The notes under the pieces were generated by a model. The model saw only the letters and a list, made by a program, of their open reading frames with translations. It did not search any database and was not told where the DNA came from. A stretch of DNA of 64,000 nt from an uncultured Candidatus Micrarchaeota archaeon (GTDB lineage: Archaea > Micrarchaeota > Micrarchaeia > Anstonellales > Bilamarchaeaceae): positions 96,001-160,000 of the forward strand of contig OY970229.1 in NCBI GenBank assembly GCA_963714085.1, written 5' to 3'. The position numbers were made by a program, and so were the translations under genes. The first letter of the stretch is position 1. The number at the start of each line of letters is the position of its first letter. Below are positions 1-10,900 of this stretch, piece by piece.

Positions 1-1729
1 ATTCTATATCGAAGCCGATGTAGTTGTAGGACGAGGACGTATTCTTTATGACGGCATTATTGGTTTCATATACCAGGAAAGCGTCATTGTTGAGGGAGTC
101 GGAGCCGTTGACCCTGGTGTTCGTGACATTGGAGCCGGTCGCGTTGCAAAGCTCTATCTCTGCGGAGTTCAGGCCGTTCCATGAGACCGGCACATAGGAA
201 TAGTTGATCGGGCGGCCAGCAGAGCCGGTCGTGCTGGTGATGTTGTTCTGGCAGTCGGCCGGGATGTAAGGCTGCACGGCAAGGTCGTAATAGCCATTTT
301 CCGTTAGCGTGTTATTGTACAGGGTGTTGTTTCTCGCTGAACTCAGGGTTCCTGGAGAGAGGAGGATGCCGTACTGGCTGTTGTTGTAGGCGGTATTGTT
401 ATACAGGACATTCGAGTTTGCGCCCCCGAGCCAGATGCCCACCACGTCGTTGTCGACGGTATTGTTATACAAGGTATTGTTTATGGACTCCTCGGTAAGC
501 GCAATGCCCACGCCGTAGTAGGGGAGGCTGTTGTTGTTCGCGGTATTGTCATAGATGACATTCTCTTGCCCATCATACGCATAGATGCCGGCATAAAGGT
601 TGTTGTCGAAATGATTGTCGTGCACGGTATCAAATATCGCTATATCTAGCTCGATGCCATAACCATTGTAGTCCGCCGTGTTGTTGTATATATCCGCAAA
701 TCCCTCGTCTTCGATGCCGCCGAAACTGTTATGTTCGATGAAATTGTTGTAAATGTTGGCGTTATCAGCTTCGGTTAAGATGCCCGGGGCGTCCCTCTCG
801 ACGGTATTGTCATATATGTTGACTACGCCCGGGTCGTCGTTGACGTGGATGCCTGGACCGCTTTCATAGACGCTATTGTTATACACGTTAGCCGAGCTCG
901 CCCAATCGAGCCAGATGTCGTTGTCGGTTTCAGAGACGTTATTGTTCAGGATATACAAATTTAACGATCCTGCTCCGACATATATGCCGCTGGTATAATT
1001 GTGGATATTGCAGTTCTCCACCGTAACGTTATGGGGTGAACCTGAAACATTGATGGCGCTGAGGGCGGCGCCCCATGCGCTGCCGGCTATGGTAAAGCCG
1101 TTGCAGTTGAAAACCACGTTGGACGCGGTTATCATGACGCAGTTATCGCCGTTCGGCGCGCCGGAGTAATTCATCGGCATCACGTAGGTGCCGGGCGCGG
1201 ATATTACCGGGCAGTTGACGCTCGGGTCGTTGTCCATCACGCCATAGCCGGTCCCGGATCCGGACGATTCGCTGCTTTGGGCAGTGGGATTCCCGGAAGC
1301 GTTTGGAGGCGCCGGTGCCATACGGAGTTCAAAAAAAGTGCTGTTAGGAGGGAATTGACCTGGGGGTCCCACCCACCTTATTTTAAGGAAGTCAAGAGCA
1401 AAAGCATCAAAAGCAGCAGATTCGTTGAAGGTCTCAGGTGCACCGGGTCCCGGAGACGTTTGGAGACCGGTTCCGTTTTGAACGGATTGGTCCGACGATT
1501 CGGGCTCCGGAGAAGTTTGAAGCGCGCTTCCGTTTTGAACGGATTGGTTCGAAGACTCGTTTCCATCAAGCGTGCCGTTGCTGTCCGGGGACTGATTATC
1601 TGGAGCCGCAGCGGATATCTGCGTGCTTCCGTTTTCATCGGACTGGGCATGGTTCACAGACATGCATATGAACAGCGCGACCAAAACCAGCAGTAGTGCT
1701 GCAATCGCAGGGCTTACGCGTCTGTGCAT
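1..1729 (-). CDS. Secreted/surface parallel beta-helix (NosD/PbH1-like) protein, 3' end outside window
   Basis: Not in the ORF track because it runs off the edge. Hand translation from ATG at 1729 gives MHRRVSPAIAALLLVLVALFICMSVNHA (signal peptide), a S/P/Q-rich linker, then NCPVISAPGTYVMPMNYSGAPNGDNCVMITASNVVFNCNG and Asn-rich beta-helix repeats. This module also occurs three times in the adjacent giant protein. Confidence 0.85.
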   Translation of the reverse strand, partial: MHRRVSPAIAALLLVLVALFICMSVNHAQSDENGSTQISAAAPDNQSPDSNGTLDGNESSNQSVQNGSALQTSPEPESSDQSVQNGTGLQTSPGPGAPETFNESAAFDAFALDFLKIRWVGPPGQFPPNSTFFELRMAPAPPNASGNPTAQSSESSGSGTGYGVMDNDPSVNCPVISAPGTYVMPMNYSGAPNGDNCVMITASNVVFNCNGFTIAGSAWGAALSAINVSGSPHNVTVENCNIHNYTSGIYVGAGSLNLYILNNNVSETDNDIWLDWASSANVYNNSVYESGPGIHVNDDPGVVNIYDNTVERDAPGILTEADNANIYNNFIEHNSFGGIEDEGFADIYNNTADYNGYGIELDIAIFDTVHDNHFDNNLYAGIYAYDGQENVIYDNTANNNSLPYYGVGIALTEESINNTLYNNTVDNDVVGIWLGGANSNVLYNNTAYNNSQYGILLSPGTLSSARNNTLYNNTLTENGYYDLAVQPYIPADCQNNITSTTGSAGRPINYSYVPVSWNGLNSAEIELCNATGSNVTNTRVNGSDSLNNDAFLVYETNNAVIKNTSSSYNYIGFDIE

Positions 1730-1918
1730 GTGTGTGTTTCATAGATGATATTTAAAAGGTTAATCGCTCGGTTAACGGGATTGGGTTTTGCCGCGAGCGG
1801 CGCGAAACCGCGGCATTTCGATCATCGTTGCAGAGAATGCTGGTTTCGCATATGATGCTGCCCGGAGGGCATGGATTTCATTAGCCGATGGTCTTCCGCG
1901 TATCGGACTGCGCCCAGG

Positions 1919-4900
1919 TCAAGTCCGCTTCGGGCCCTTGCTCCCATAGGAGCCTTTTGGCTTGCTCCTGAGCATCCAGTAGGCTATCGCCGCAATGATT
2001 ATGACCAGGACCAGCAGCAGGAGGGGCCATATGACCAAGCCCGCATTGAACCCTGCGGTCGTACTCGGGTGCGGCGGCTGCTGCACCGGAGCCGCACCGG
2101 GGAGCGCCTCTATCTGCAGCGTCCTCACCACGGTGCCGTTCTCGATGTATGAGACGTCGTAGGCACCCGCGTACACCAGCTGCAAGGAGAAGTCGCCGGC
2201 CGAATCGGTCTTCCCGCTTATCACGTTGCCGGTGGGATCGGTTATCCTGATGTCGCAGTCCATGCAGACGGAGTTGTCCTTCATTGCCTGCACGCTCGTG
2301 TTCTCCCCTACGAAACCCGAGCTTGGGCCTGTCAGGTCGAAGCTCCTGCATATGTTGGCCATGCACATCTGGCCATAGCCGCATTGCGGGCAATTGGAGC
2401 CAGAGCCGCATTGGTACGGGACCAGGACGTGGTTCGCTGCCTTTCCGCAGCCTGTTATGTTCTGGCAGTTGCCCATGTTCGCTCCGGGCGGTATGTTGCA
2501 CAATTGGTTGTCTGCGCAATCCGCGTCAGAAGTGCAGTTGAGCGTTTGGTTCACCGGGGCCACCGGCGTTATCGGAGGCGTTATGTTCGCAGTAGCGGCC
2601 GGGCAGGTGGTGAATGCGAATGTGATGCTTGTCGGCCTGTAGCCTGAGCGCGAGGCGTCAGCCTCGTATGTCCCGTTCGCCGCCAGCGAGAAGGTCGCAG
2701 TTCCGTCGCTTCCGGTGGTTTGCTGTTCCACCAGACCTCCGTACGGGCTGGTGAGCAGCAGCCTTATGTTGGCACCTTCTCCGCTCGAGGAGGTTATGGT
2801 CACCTGGTTGGCCGGGCACGGAGCTATAGAATAGGAGAGCGACATCGCGGCTAAGGACACCCCGCCGGACGGGGGTGAAGATGGGGCTACGCTCAGGATT
2901 TCCGTCACGTTGAATGACGCATTGGCCGTATTGCTGTAGGCGTCTGTCGCGGTGCAGTTCACCTGGGTCGTTCCTATTGGGAAGAGTGAACCGGATACCG
3001 GGGTGCAGGACACGTTGACCAGCTGGCCGTACTCATCGGTTGCCGTCGGCGTGTAAATCTCAGTAGCGCCTAACGGATTCGCGGTGGTATCGGTTATGTT
3101 TGAGATCCCTGAGATGGTCGGCGGGGTCGTGCCTGGGTTCTCTGTCACCCTGAAGGATGCATTGGCCGTATTGCCGTAGATGTCCGTCGCATTGCAGTTG
3201 ACCGTGGTGTTACCTATCGGGAACAATGAACCGGATACTGGGGTGCATAAGACCGGTACTGATACGTTGTACTCGTCCTTTGCCGTCGGGCTGTAGGTCA
3301 CGTTGTTCGTCAGGTTGGTTGCTGTCTGGGTGATGTTGGAGATGCCGCTGATTGTTGGCGGGGTCGTGCCTGGGTTCTCTGTCACCCTGAAGGATGCATT
3401 GGCCGTATTGCCGTAGATGTCCGTCGCATTGCAGTTGACCGTGGTGTTACCTATCGGGAACAATGAACCGGATACTGGGGTGCATAAGACCGGTACTGAT
3501 ACGTTGTACTCGTCCGTTGCAGTCGGGCTGTAGGTCACGTTGTTCGTCAGGTTGGTCGCGGTCTGGGTGATGTTGGAGATGCCGCTGATCGTTGGCGGGG
3601 TCGTGCCTGGGTTCTCTGTCACCCTGAAGGATGCATTGGCCGTATTGCCGTAGATGTCCGTCGCATTGCAGTTGACCGTGGTGTTACCTATCGGGAACAA
3701 TGAACCGGATACTGGGGTGCATAAGACCGGTACTGATACGTTGTACTCGTCCTTTGCCGTCGGGCTGTAGGTCACGTTGTTCGTCAGGTTGGTTGCTGTC
3801 TGGGTGATGTTGGAGATGCCGCTGATTGTTGGCGGGGTCGTGCCTGGGTTCTCTGTCACCCTGAAGGATGCATTGGCCGTATTGCCGTAGATGTCCGTCG
3901 CATTGCAGTTGACCGTGGTGTTACCTATCGGGAACATAGAGCCTGACACCGGGTTGCATATCACAGGCACTGAGACATTGTATTCATCCTTTGCAGTCGG
4001 GCTGTAGGTCACGTTGTTCGTCAGGTTGGTTGCGGTATTAGTTATATTGGAGATCCCTGAGATGGTCGGCGGGGTCGTGCCTGGGTTCTCTGTCACCCTG
4101 AAGGATGCGTTGGCCGTATTGCCGTAGATGTCCGTCGCATTGCAGTTGACCGTGGTGTTACCTATCGGGAACATCGAGCCTGACACCGGGTTGCATATCA
4201 CAGGCACTGATACGTTGTACTCGTCCTTTGCCGTCGGGCTGTAGGTCACGTTGTTCGTCAGGTTGGTTGCTGTCTGGGTGATGTTGGAGATGCCGCTGAT
4301 TGTTGGCGGGGTCGTGCCTGGGTTCTCTGTCACCCTGAAGGATGCATTGGCCGTATTGCCGTAGATGTCCGTCGCATTGCAGTTGACCGTGGTGTTACCT
4401 ATCGGGAACATAGAGCCTGACACCGGGTTGCATATCACAGGCACTGAGACATTGTATTCATCCTTTGCAGTCGGGCTGTAGGTCACGTTGTTCGTCAGGT
4501 TGGTTGCGGTATTAGTTATATTGGAGATCCCTGAGATGGTTGGCGGGATTGGAGGTACTGCGACCACGGTGAGCGTGCCGGTGCTGATTACGGACGGGTT
4601 TCCGGTCCCATTACCAGAGGTATAGAATGAAACGGTCAAACCGTATGTGCCTATGCTCGTGGTTGGGAACGATGTGCTTACCAGGCAGGTTATATTGTCC
4701 AATGCGCCACCCGGATAGCCCGGAGGGGTGAATTGCGCGCTGCCAAAAGGACAATCGACCAGCACTATTCCATTGCCCAGGCTGGTATTGCTGGCTTCGA
4801 GGAGGGAAAGAGCCGGGATCGGAGCGGTCGTTAGCAGCGGACTAGAATTGTAGGTGGTGGAGATTATTACAGAACCGAATGGACTGATTGGTGCGAGTCC

Positions 4901-7900
4901 TGTGATGGTGCCGTTAAGGGATTGCCCTTGTGCGACGGAGGATGGTGAGAGGGTGAGCGGAGCTATGATAGGATTCACTGTCACGTTGAATGACGCATTG
5001 GCTGTGTTACCGTAGGGGTCCGTAGCGCTGCAGTTGACCGGGGTGGTCCCTATCGGGAACATTGAGCCGGATGGAGGCACGCATGAGACGTTGATAGATA
5101 CGTTGTACTCGTCCTTTGCCGTTGGAGCGTATGTCTCGATTGTACCGTTTGAGGTCGCTGTTGTTACGTTTATGTTGGAGATGCCGCTGATCGTTGGCGG
5201 GGTCGTGCCTGGGTTCTCTGTCACCCTGAAGGATGCATTGGCCGTATTGCCGTAGATGTCCGTCGCATTGCAGTTGACCGTGGTGTTACCTATCGGGAAC
5301 AATGAACCGGATACTGGGGTGCATAAGACCGGTACTGATACGTTGTACTCGTCCTTTGCCGTCGGGCTGTAGGTCACGTTGTTCGTCAGGTTGGTTGCGG
5401 TATTAGTTATATTGGAGATCCCTGAGATGGTCGGCGGGGTCGTGCCTGGGTTCTCTGTCACCCTGAAGGATGCATTGGCCGTATTGCCGTAGATGTCCGT
5501 CGCATTGCAGTTGACCGTGGTGTTACCTATCGGGAACAATGAACCGGATACTGGGGTGCATAAGACCGGTACTGATACGTTGTACTCGTCCTTTGCCGTC
5601 GGGCTGTAGGTCACGTTGTTCGTCAGATTGGTTGCTGTCTGGGTGATGTTGGAGATGCCGCTGATCGTTGGCGGGGTCGTGCCTGGATTCTCTGTCACTC
5701 TGAAGGATGCATTGGCCGTATTGCCGTAGATGTCCGTCGCATTGCAGTTGACCGTGGTGTTACCTATCGGGAACAATGAACCGGATACTGGGGTGCATAA
5801 GACCGGTACTGATACGTTGTACTCGTCCTTTGCCGTCGGGCTGTAGGTCTCGGTGGAGCCGGTGTAATTCGTTGCGGTGTCGTTTATGTTAGAGATCCCT
5901 GAGATAATCGGTGCCACTGTACCTGGGTTCTCAGTCACGTTGAATGATTCATTGGCCTGGTTTCCGTAGATGTCGGTTGCGGTGCAGTTCACCGTGGTGT
6001 TTCCTATGGGGAACATCGAGCCTGACACCGGGTTGCATATCACAGGCACCGACACGTTGTACTCGTCCGTTGCAGTCGGGCTGTAGGTCACGTTGTTCGT
6101 CAGGTTGGTCGCGGTCTGGGTGATGTTGGAGATGCCGCTGATCGTTGGCGGGGTCGTGCCTGGGTTCTCTGTCACCCTGAAGGATGCATTGGCCGTATTG
6201 CCGTAGATGTCCGTCGCATTGCAGTTGACCGTGGTGTTTCCTATGGGGAACATCGAGCCTGACACCGGGTTGCATATCACAGGCACCGACACGTTGTACT
6301 CGTCCGTTGCAGTCGGGCTGTAGGTCACGTTGTTCGTCAGGTTGGTTGCTGTCTGGGTGATGTTGGAGATGCCGCTGATTGTTGGCGGGGTCGTGCCTGG
6401 ATTCTCTGTCACTCTGAAGGATGCATTGGCCGTATTGCCGTAGATGTCCGTCGCATTGCAGTTGACCGTGGTGTTACCTATCGGGAACAATGAACCGGAT
6501 ACTGGGGTGCATAAGACCGGTACTGATACGTTGTACTCGTCCTTTGCCGTCGGGCTGTAGGTCTCGGTGGAGCCGGTGTAATTCGTTGCGGTGTCGTTTA
6601 TGTTAGAGATCCCTGAGAAGGTCGGCGGGGTGGTGCCCGGGTTCTCAGTCACGTTGAATGATTCATTGGCCTGGTTTCCGTAGATGTCGGTTGCGGTGCA
6701 GTTCACCGTGGTGTTTCCTATGGGGAACATCGAGCCTGACACCGGGTTGCATATCACAGGCACTGAGACATTGTATTCATCCTTTGCAGTCGGGCTGTAG
6801 GTCTCGGTGGAGCCGGTGTAATTCGTTGCGGTGTCGTTTATGTTAGAGATCCCTGAGATAATCGGTGCCACTGTACCTGGGTTCTCAGTCACGTTGAATG
6901 ATTCATTGGCCTGGTTTCCGTAGATGTCGGTTGCGGTGCAGTTCACCGTGGTGTTTCCTATGGGGAACATAGAGCCTGACACCGGGTTGCATATCACAGG
7001 CACCGACACGTTGTACTCGTCCGTTGCAGTCGGGCTGTAGGTCTCGGTGGAGCCGGTGTAATTCGTTGCGGTGTCGTTTATGTTAGAGATCCCTGAGATG
7101 GTCGGCGGGGTCGTGCCTGGATTCTCTGTCACCCTGAAGGATGCATTGGCCGTATTGCCGTAGATGTCCGTCGCATTGCAGTTGACCGTTGTGTTACCTA
7201 TCGGGAACATCGAGCCTGACACCGGGTTGCATATCACAGGCACTGATACGTTGTACTCGTCCTTTGCCGTCGGGCTGTAGGTCACGTTGTTCGTCAGGTT
7301 GGTTGCTGTCTGGGTGATGTTGGAGATGCCTGAGATTACTGGTGGAATTGTGTCCACCGTGAAGCTCCTTGTTTCTGAGAAGTTGGTTTCGTTTGCAAGG
7401 TCGGTGCAGTTTATGAACCAGTTGTGATAGCCGTCTGCGATGCCTAAAAGCGGGAAGTCGGTTGCCGTGCTGTTCTGGGTAGTCGCATTCGTCTGGTTCA
7501 GGTTCCCGTCCAGGTATAACGAGCAGCTCAGGGTTGGATAATAGTCGTCGCTCGCATTGAATGCGAAGTCGATCGAACCCGAGTTCGTGATATAGGCATC
7601 TGGCGGGAACATGAGGTTGATCGTCGGTATGGTTGTGACATTGTTTTGCAGTATACCATAGGTGCTTGACGGGATCAGGCCCGTGAAGCCGAGCGTGTCC
7701 GCGACGGTGTCGGGGGTGTTGTTCAGCCTGGTCCAGCCTGAGGCGTCGGACTCCCAGAGCTCGAATTTGGTGTCGTTGTATCCGCTAAGCTCGGAATCCT
7801 GCCAGCTCCAGGTAACGGAATCGATGGAAACGCCCGCGCTCTGGTTTTTTATGTCGACGAATTTGTTGAAACTGATGGGAGCGCTGGCAGGCAGCGCGGT

Positions 7901-10900
7901 GGAGTTCCTGCTCCAGTTTATCGTGTAGGACTCCCCGCCTGCCGCGAGGGAATCGTTTATTGATAGCGAGGTGTTGGCCATGGAGCCGGACGGGTCCAGG
8001 AAGGTCGTGTTTGCCATGTTGTAGGTGACGCCGTTGTTGCTGTAGGCATAGAAGTCGTAGTCGTTCCGGAAGAGCGTGGTGTTCCAGAACTGGTTCCCGG
8101 CCGAGCCGCCGAACTGGCTTATTATCGCCATGCCATATGCGGGATTGCCTGGAGAACCGGTATTGTTGTACGCGCTGTTCCCGATGAACGTATTGCCGTT
8201 GGCGTCGAAAAGCCGGAAGCCGTACTGCGTGTTGTTGTACGCGTTGTTGTAGAGGTAGGTGTCATTGGTGCAGCTGATGGCGAAGCCGTACAGCGTGTTG
8301 TTGTACGCGTTGTTCCCGGTGAAGGTGTTGTTCTCGCATGAGATGAGATGGAAGCCCTCGCTGCCGCCGGAGACGTTGTTCCCGCTGAAGGAGTTGTTGT
8401 TCGCGAGCCCGCCCAGGTAGAAGCCGTAGTCCGCGTTCCCCAAGACGACGTTGTCCGTGAACGTGTTGTCGGAGGCGCCGGATTCGATGCGGAATCCGGC
8501 ATAGGAATCGTTATACACCGTGTTGCCGCTGAAGATGCTGGCCGAAGCGCCAGAGGCGTAGAAGCCGTTGAAGCACTGGGATACGGAATTGTTGGAATAG
8601 ACGTTTCCGGTCCCGAGCGAGGCGATGCAGGTATCGGTGTCGTTGTACACGCTATTGTTGGAGATGTCGCCTCCTGAGAGGGAACCCGTGTAAATGCCGT
8701 AGTAATAGCCGCTGATTCCTGCGCAGTTCTCCACCGTGACGTTGGTGAGCGAGCCGTTGATGGCTATGCCGAAGGTCGTCCCTGCGGTGCCGTTGTTGGC
8801 TATGCTGTAGCCGTTGCAGTCGAAGACCACGTCGGATGCGGCTATTTTCACGCAGACCGTGCCGCTCAGCTCCGGAGCGCCGTTCGGCGCCCCGGTGTAG
8901 TTCATGTCCTGGGTGTATGTTCCGCTCTCGTTGATGACCGGGCAGTTGATGGTGCTGTTCCCGAATATGCCATAGTCGCTTCCAGGAGAGAGATCAGTCA
9001 AGGCTAAGGTATCCGAAGAGAGGTCGGGGGTGACGTTCAGCGGGGTCCAGCCGCTGGAGTTGTACACCCACAGCTGGAAAGTGCTCTGGTCGTATCCGTT
9101 GGCTTCCCCATCGGTCCAGCTCCAGACGATGCTGTCGATGGACACCGGGGGGCTTAACGCGGAGATGTTCACGAACGTCTGGGCGAAGGGCTGGTAGGGG
9201 GGCGCGGTCTCGTTGGCCGTCCAGTTTATGGCGTATTCCTCGCCGTTGTTGACGATGTCGTTGATGCTCAGGTTGGTGAAGTTCTCCATCGAGCCGGTCG
9301 GGTTGTCGAAGACGATGCCGGAGAGGTTGATCGTGATAGGGGGGCCGGAATAATCCGCCACGTCCAGGTCATAGCCGTTGTTGGACAGGTATTGGCCCGT
9401 CACAGAGGTCTGGTCGGAGCCCATGGACAAGCCGACATGTGAGTTGTTGGTAGCGCGGTTGTCATCCATGGAATTATTGGTCCCGGATATCGTGATGCCG
9501 GTGTGACCGTTGTTGTCGGCGCTGTTGTTGGACAGGCTGTTGTTGCCGCCATAGAGCCCGATGCCGTCCCATGCGTTGTTGTCAGCGCTGTTGCCGTACA
9601 GGGTGTTGTTGTCGCCACCGAGCCCGATGCCGTCATCCCCGTTGTTGTCGGCGCTGTTGTTGGACAGGGTGTTGTTGCCGCCACTGAGCCCGATGCCCTC
9701 GTAAGACTCGTTGTCGCAGCTGTTGTTCGTGATGTTGTTATTGGAACCTGTGATCTCAATTCCGAGGTTATTGCCGTCCAAGTCATTATTATATATGGCA
9801 GTATTGTCCGTTGGAGGAGAACTGGAGTGGATGCCACCATAACTGTTATTGTTGACGCGATTGCCGGATATCGTCTCCTGGCTCGAATTATCGAGCGCGA
9901 TGGCGTCTTCGTTGTTGTATATGCTGTTGTCATCAAGCGTATTCTGGTCCGATGAGGAATAGAGGGCGATGGCCGAGTAGCCGCCGTTGGTGAACGTGTT
10001 GTTGGCGATGGTATTGTTGCTCGAGGTATCGAGCACGAGGCCGATGTTGCTGTCGTTGCTCACGCTGTTGTTATACAAGGTATTGTTGTTGCTCCCGAAA
10101 CCGAAGAAGATGCCGTAATCGTTGTTGTGGTCGATGCTATTGTCGTATATGACATTGTTGCTCGATGAATCGGTGTCGTTATTGTAACCGCCCAGGCCGA
10201 TGCTGTAATCACTGTCGTAGTCGAGATGGTTGTCGTATATGCGGTTGTTGTTGGATTTGTTGAGGTATATGCCGTTCGCGTTCGAGAAGCTGTTGTTGGA
10301 GAAATCATTGCCATGCAGGGCGTTACTGTCCGATGAATCGAGCACGATGCCGGCACCGCGGTTGTAGTACGCGTTGATGTTCGTGAATTCGCTGCCGTCG
10401 GACTGGTTGGCGTAGATGCCGTCTTCGTATCTGGATATCCAGGGGCAGTTCTCCACCGTGACGTCTGTGAGGGGCCCGACCAGCAGGATGCCGTAGGTGG
10501 GGCCGCCGGTGCCGCCATTGGTGATGCTGTGGCCGTTGCAGTTGTAGACGACGTCGGAGGCCGTGATCTCCACGCAGGCCGAGCCGGCGAGCGGAGACGC
10601 ATCGTTCGGTTCACCGACGTAGTCCATGCCCTGGGTATAGGTGCCGCCCGAGCTGATGACCGGGCAGCCAACGGAGATTATGCCGCCCTGGAGTATGCCG
10701 TACTCGCCCGCCGGAGTGAAGTTCGTCAAGGCCAAAGTGTGCGAAGATGTGTCCGGGGTCTCGTTCACCACGTACCAATACCCTCCGTAGAGACCGTTCC
10801 AGAGGCTGAGGTTGCTCTCGTTGTATCCTAAGGCTTCCGTGGCGGTCCAGCTCCATACTGCGCTGTCGATCGTCAGCGGGGGGGAGGCGTACAAATCGAT

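Noticed and set aside
1277..1696. Short ORFs in the track over 1277-1696 and a 19-nt repeat spaced 57 nt apart (1473-1491 / 1530-1548)
   Set aside because: All lie within the minus-strand surface protein starting at 1729; the repeat is a small in-frame linker duplication (QSVQNG).
2900..7354. Long regular repeats as a CRISPR array or non-coding repeat
   Set aside because: Units are 237/240 nt, in frame inside one ORF, with no unique spacers; no cas genes in the window.
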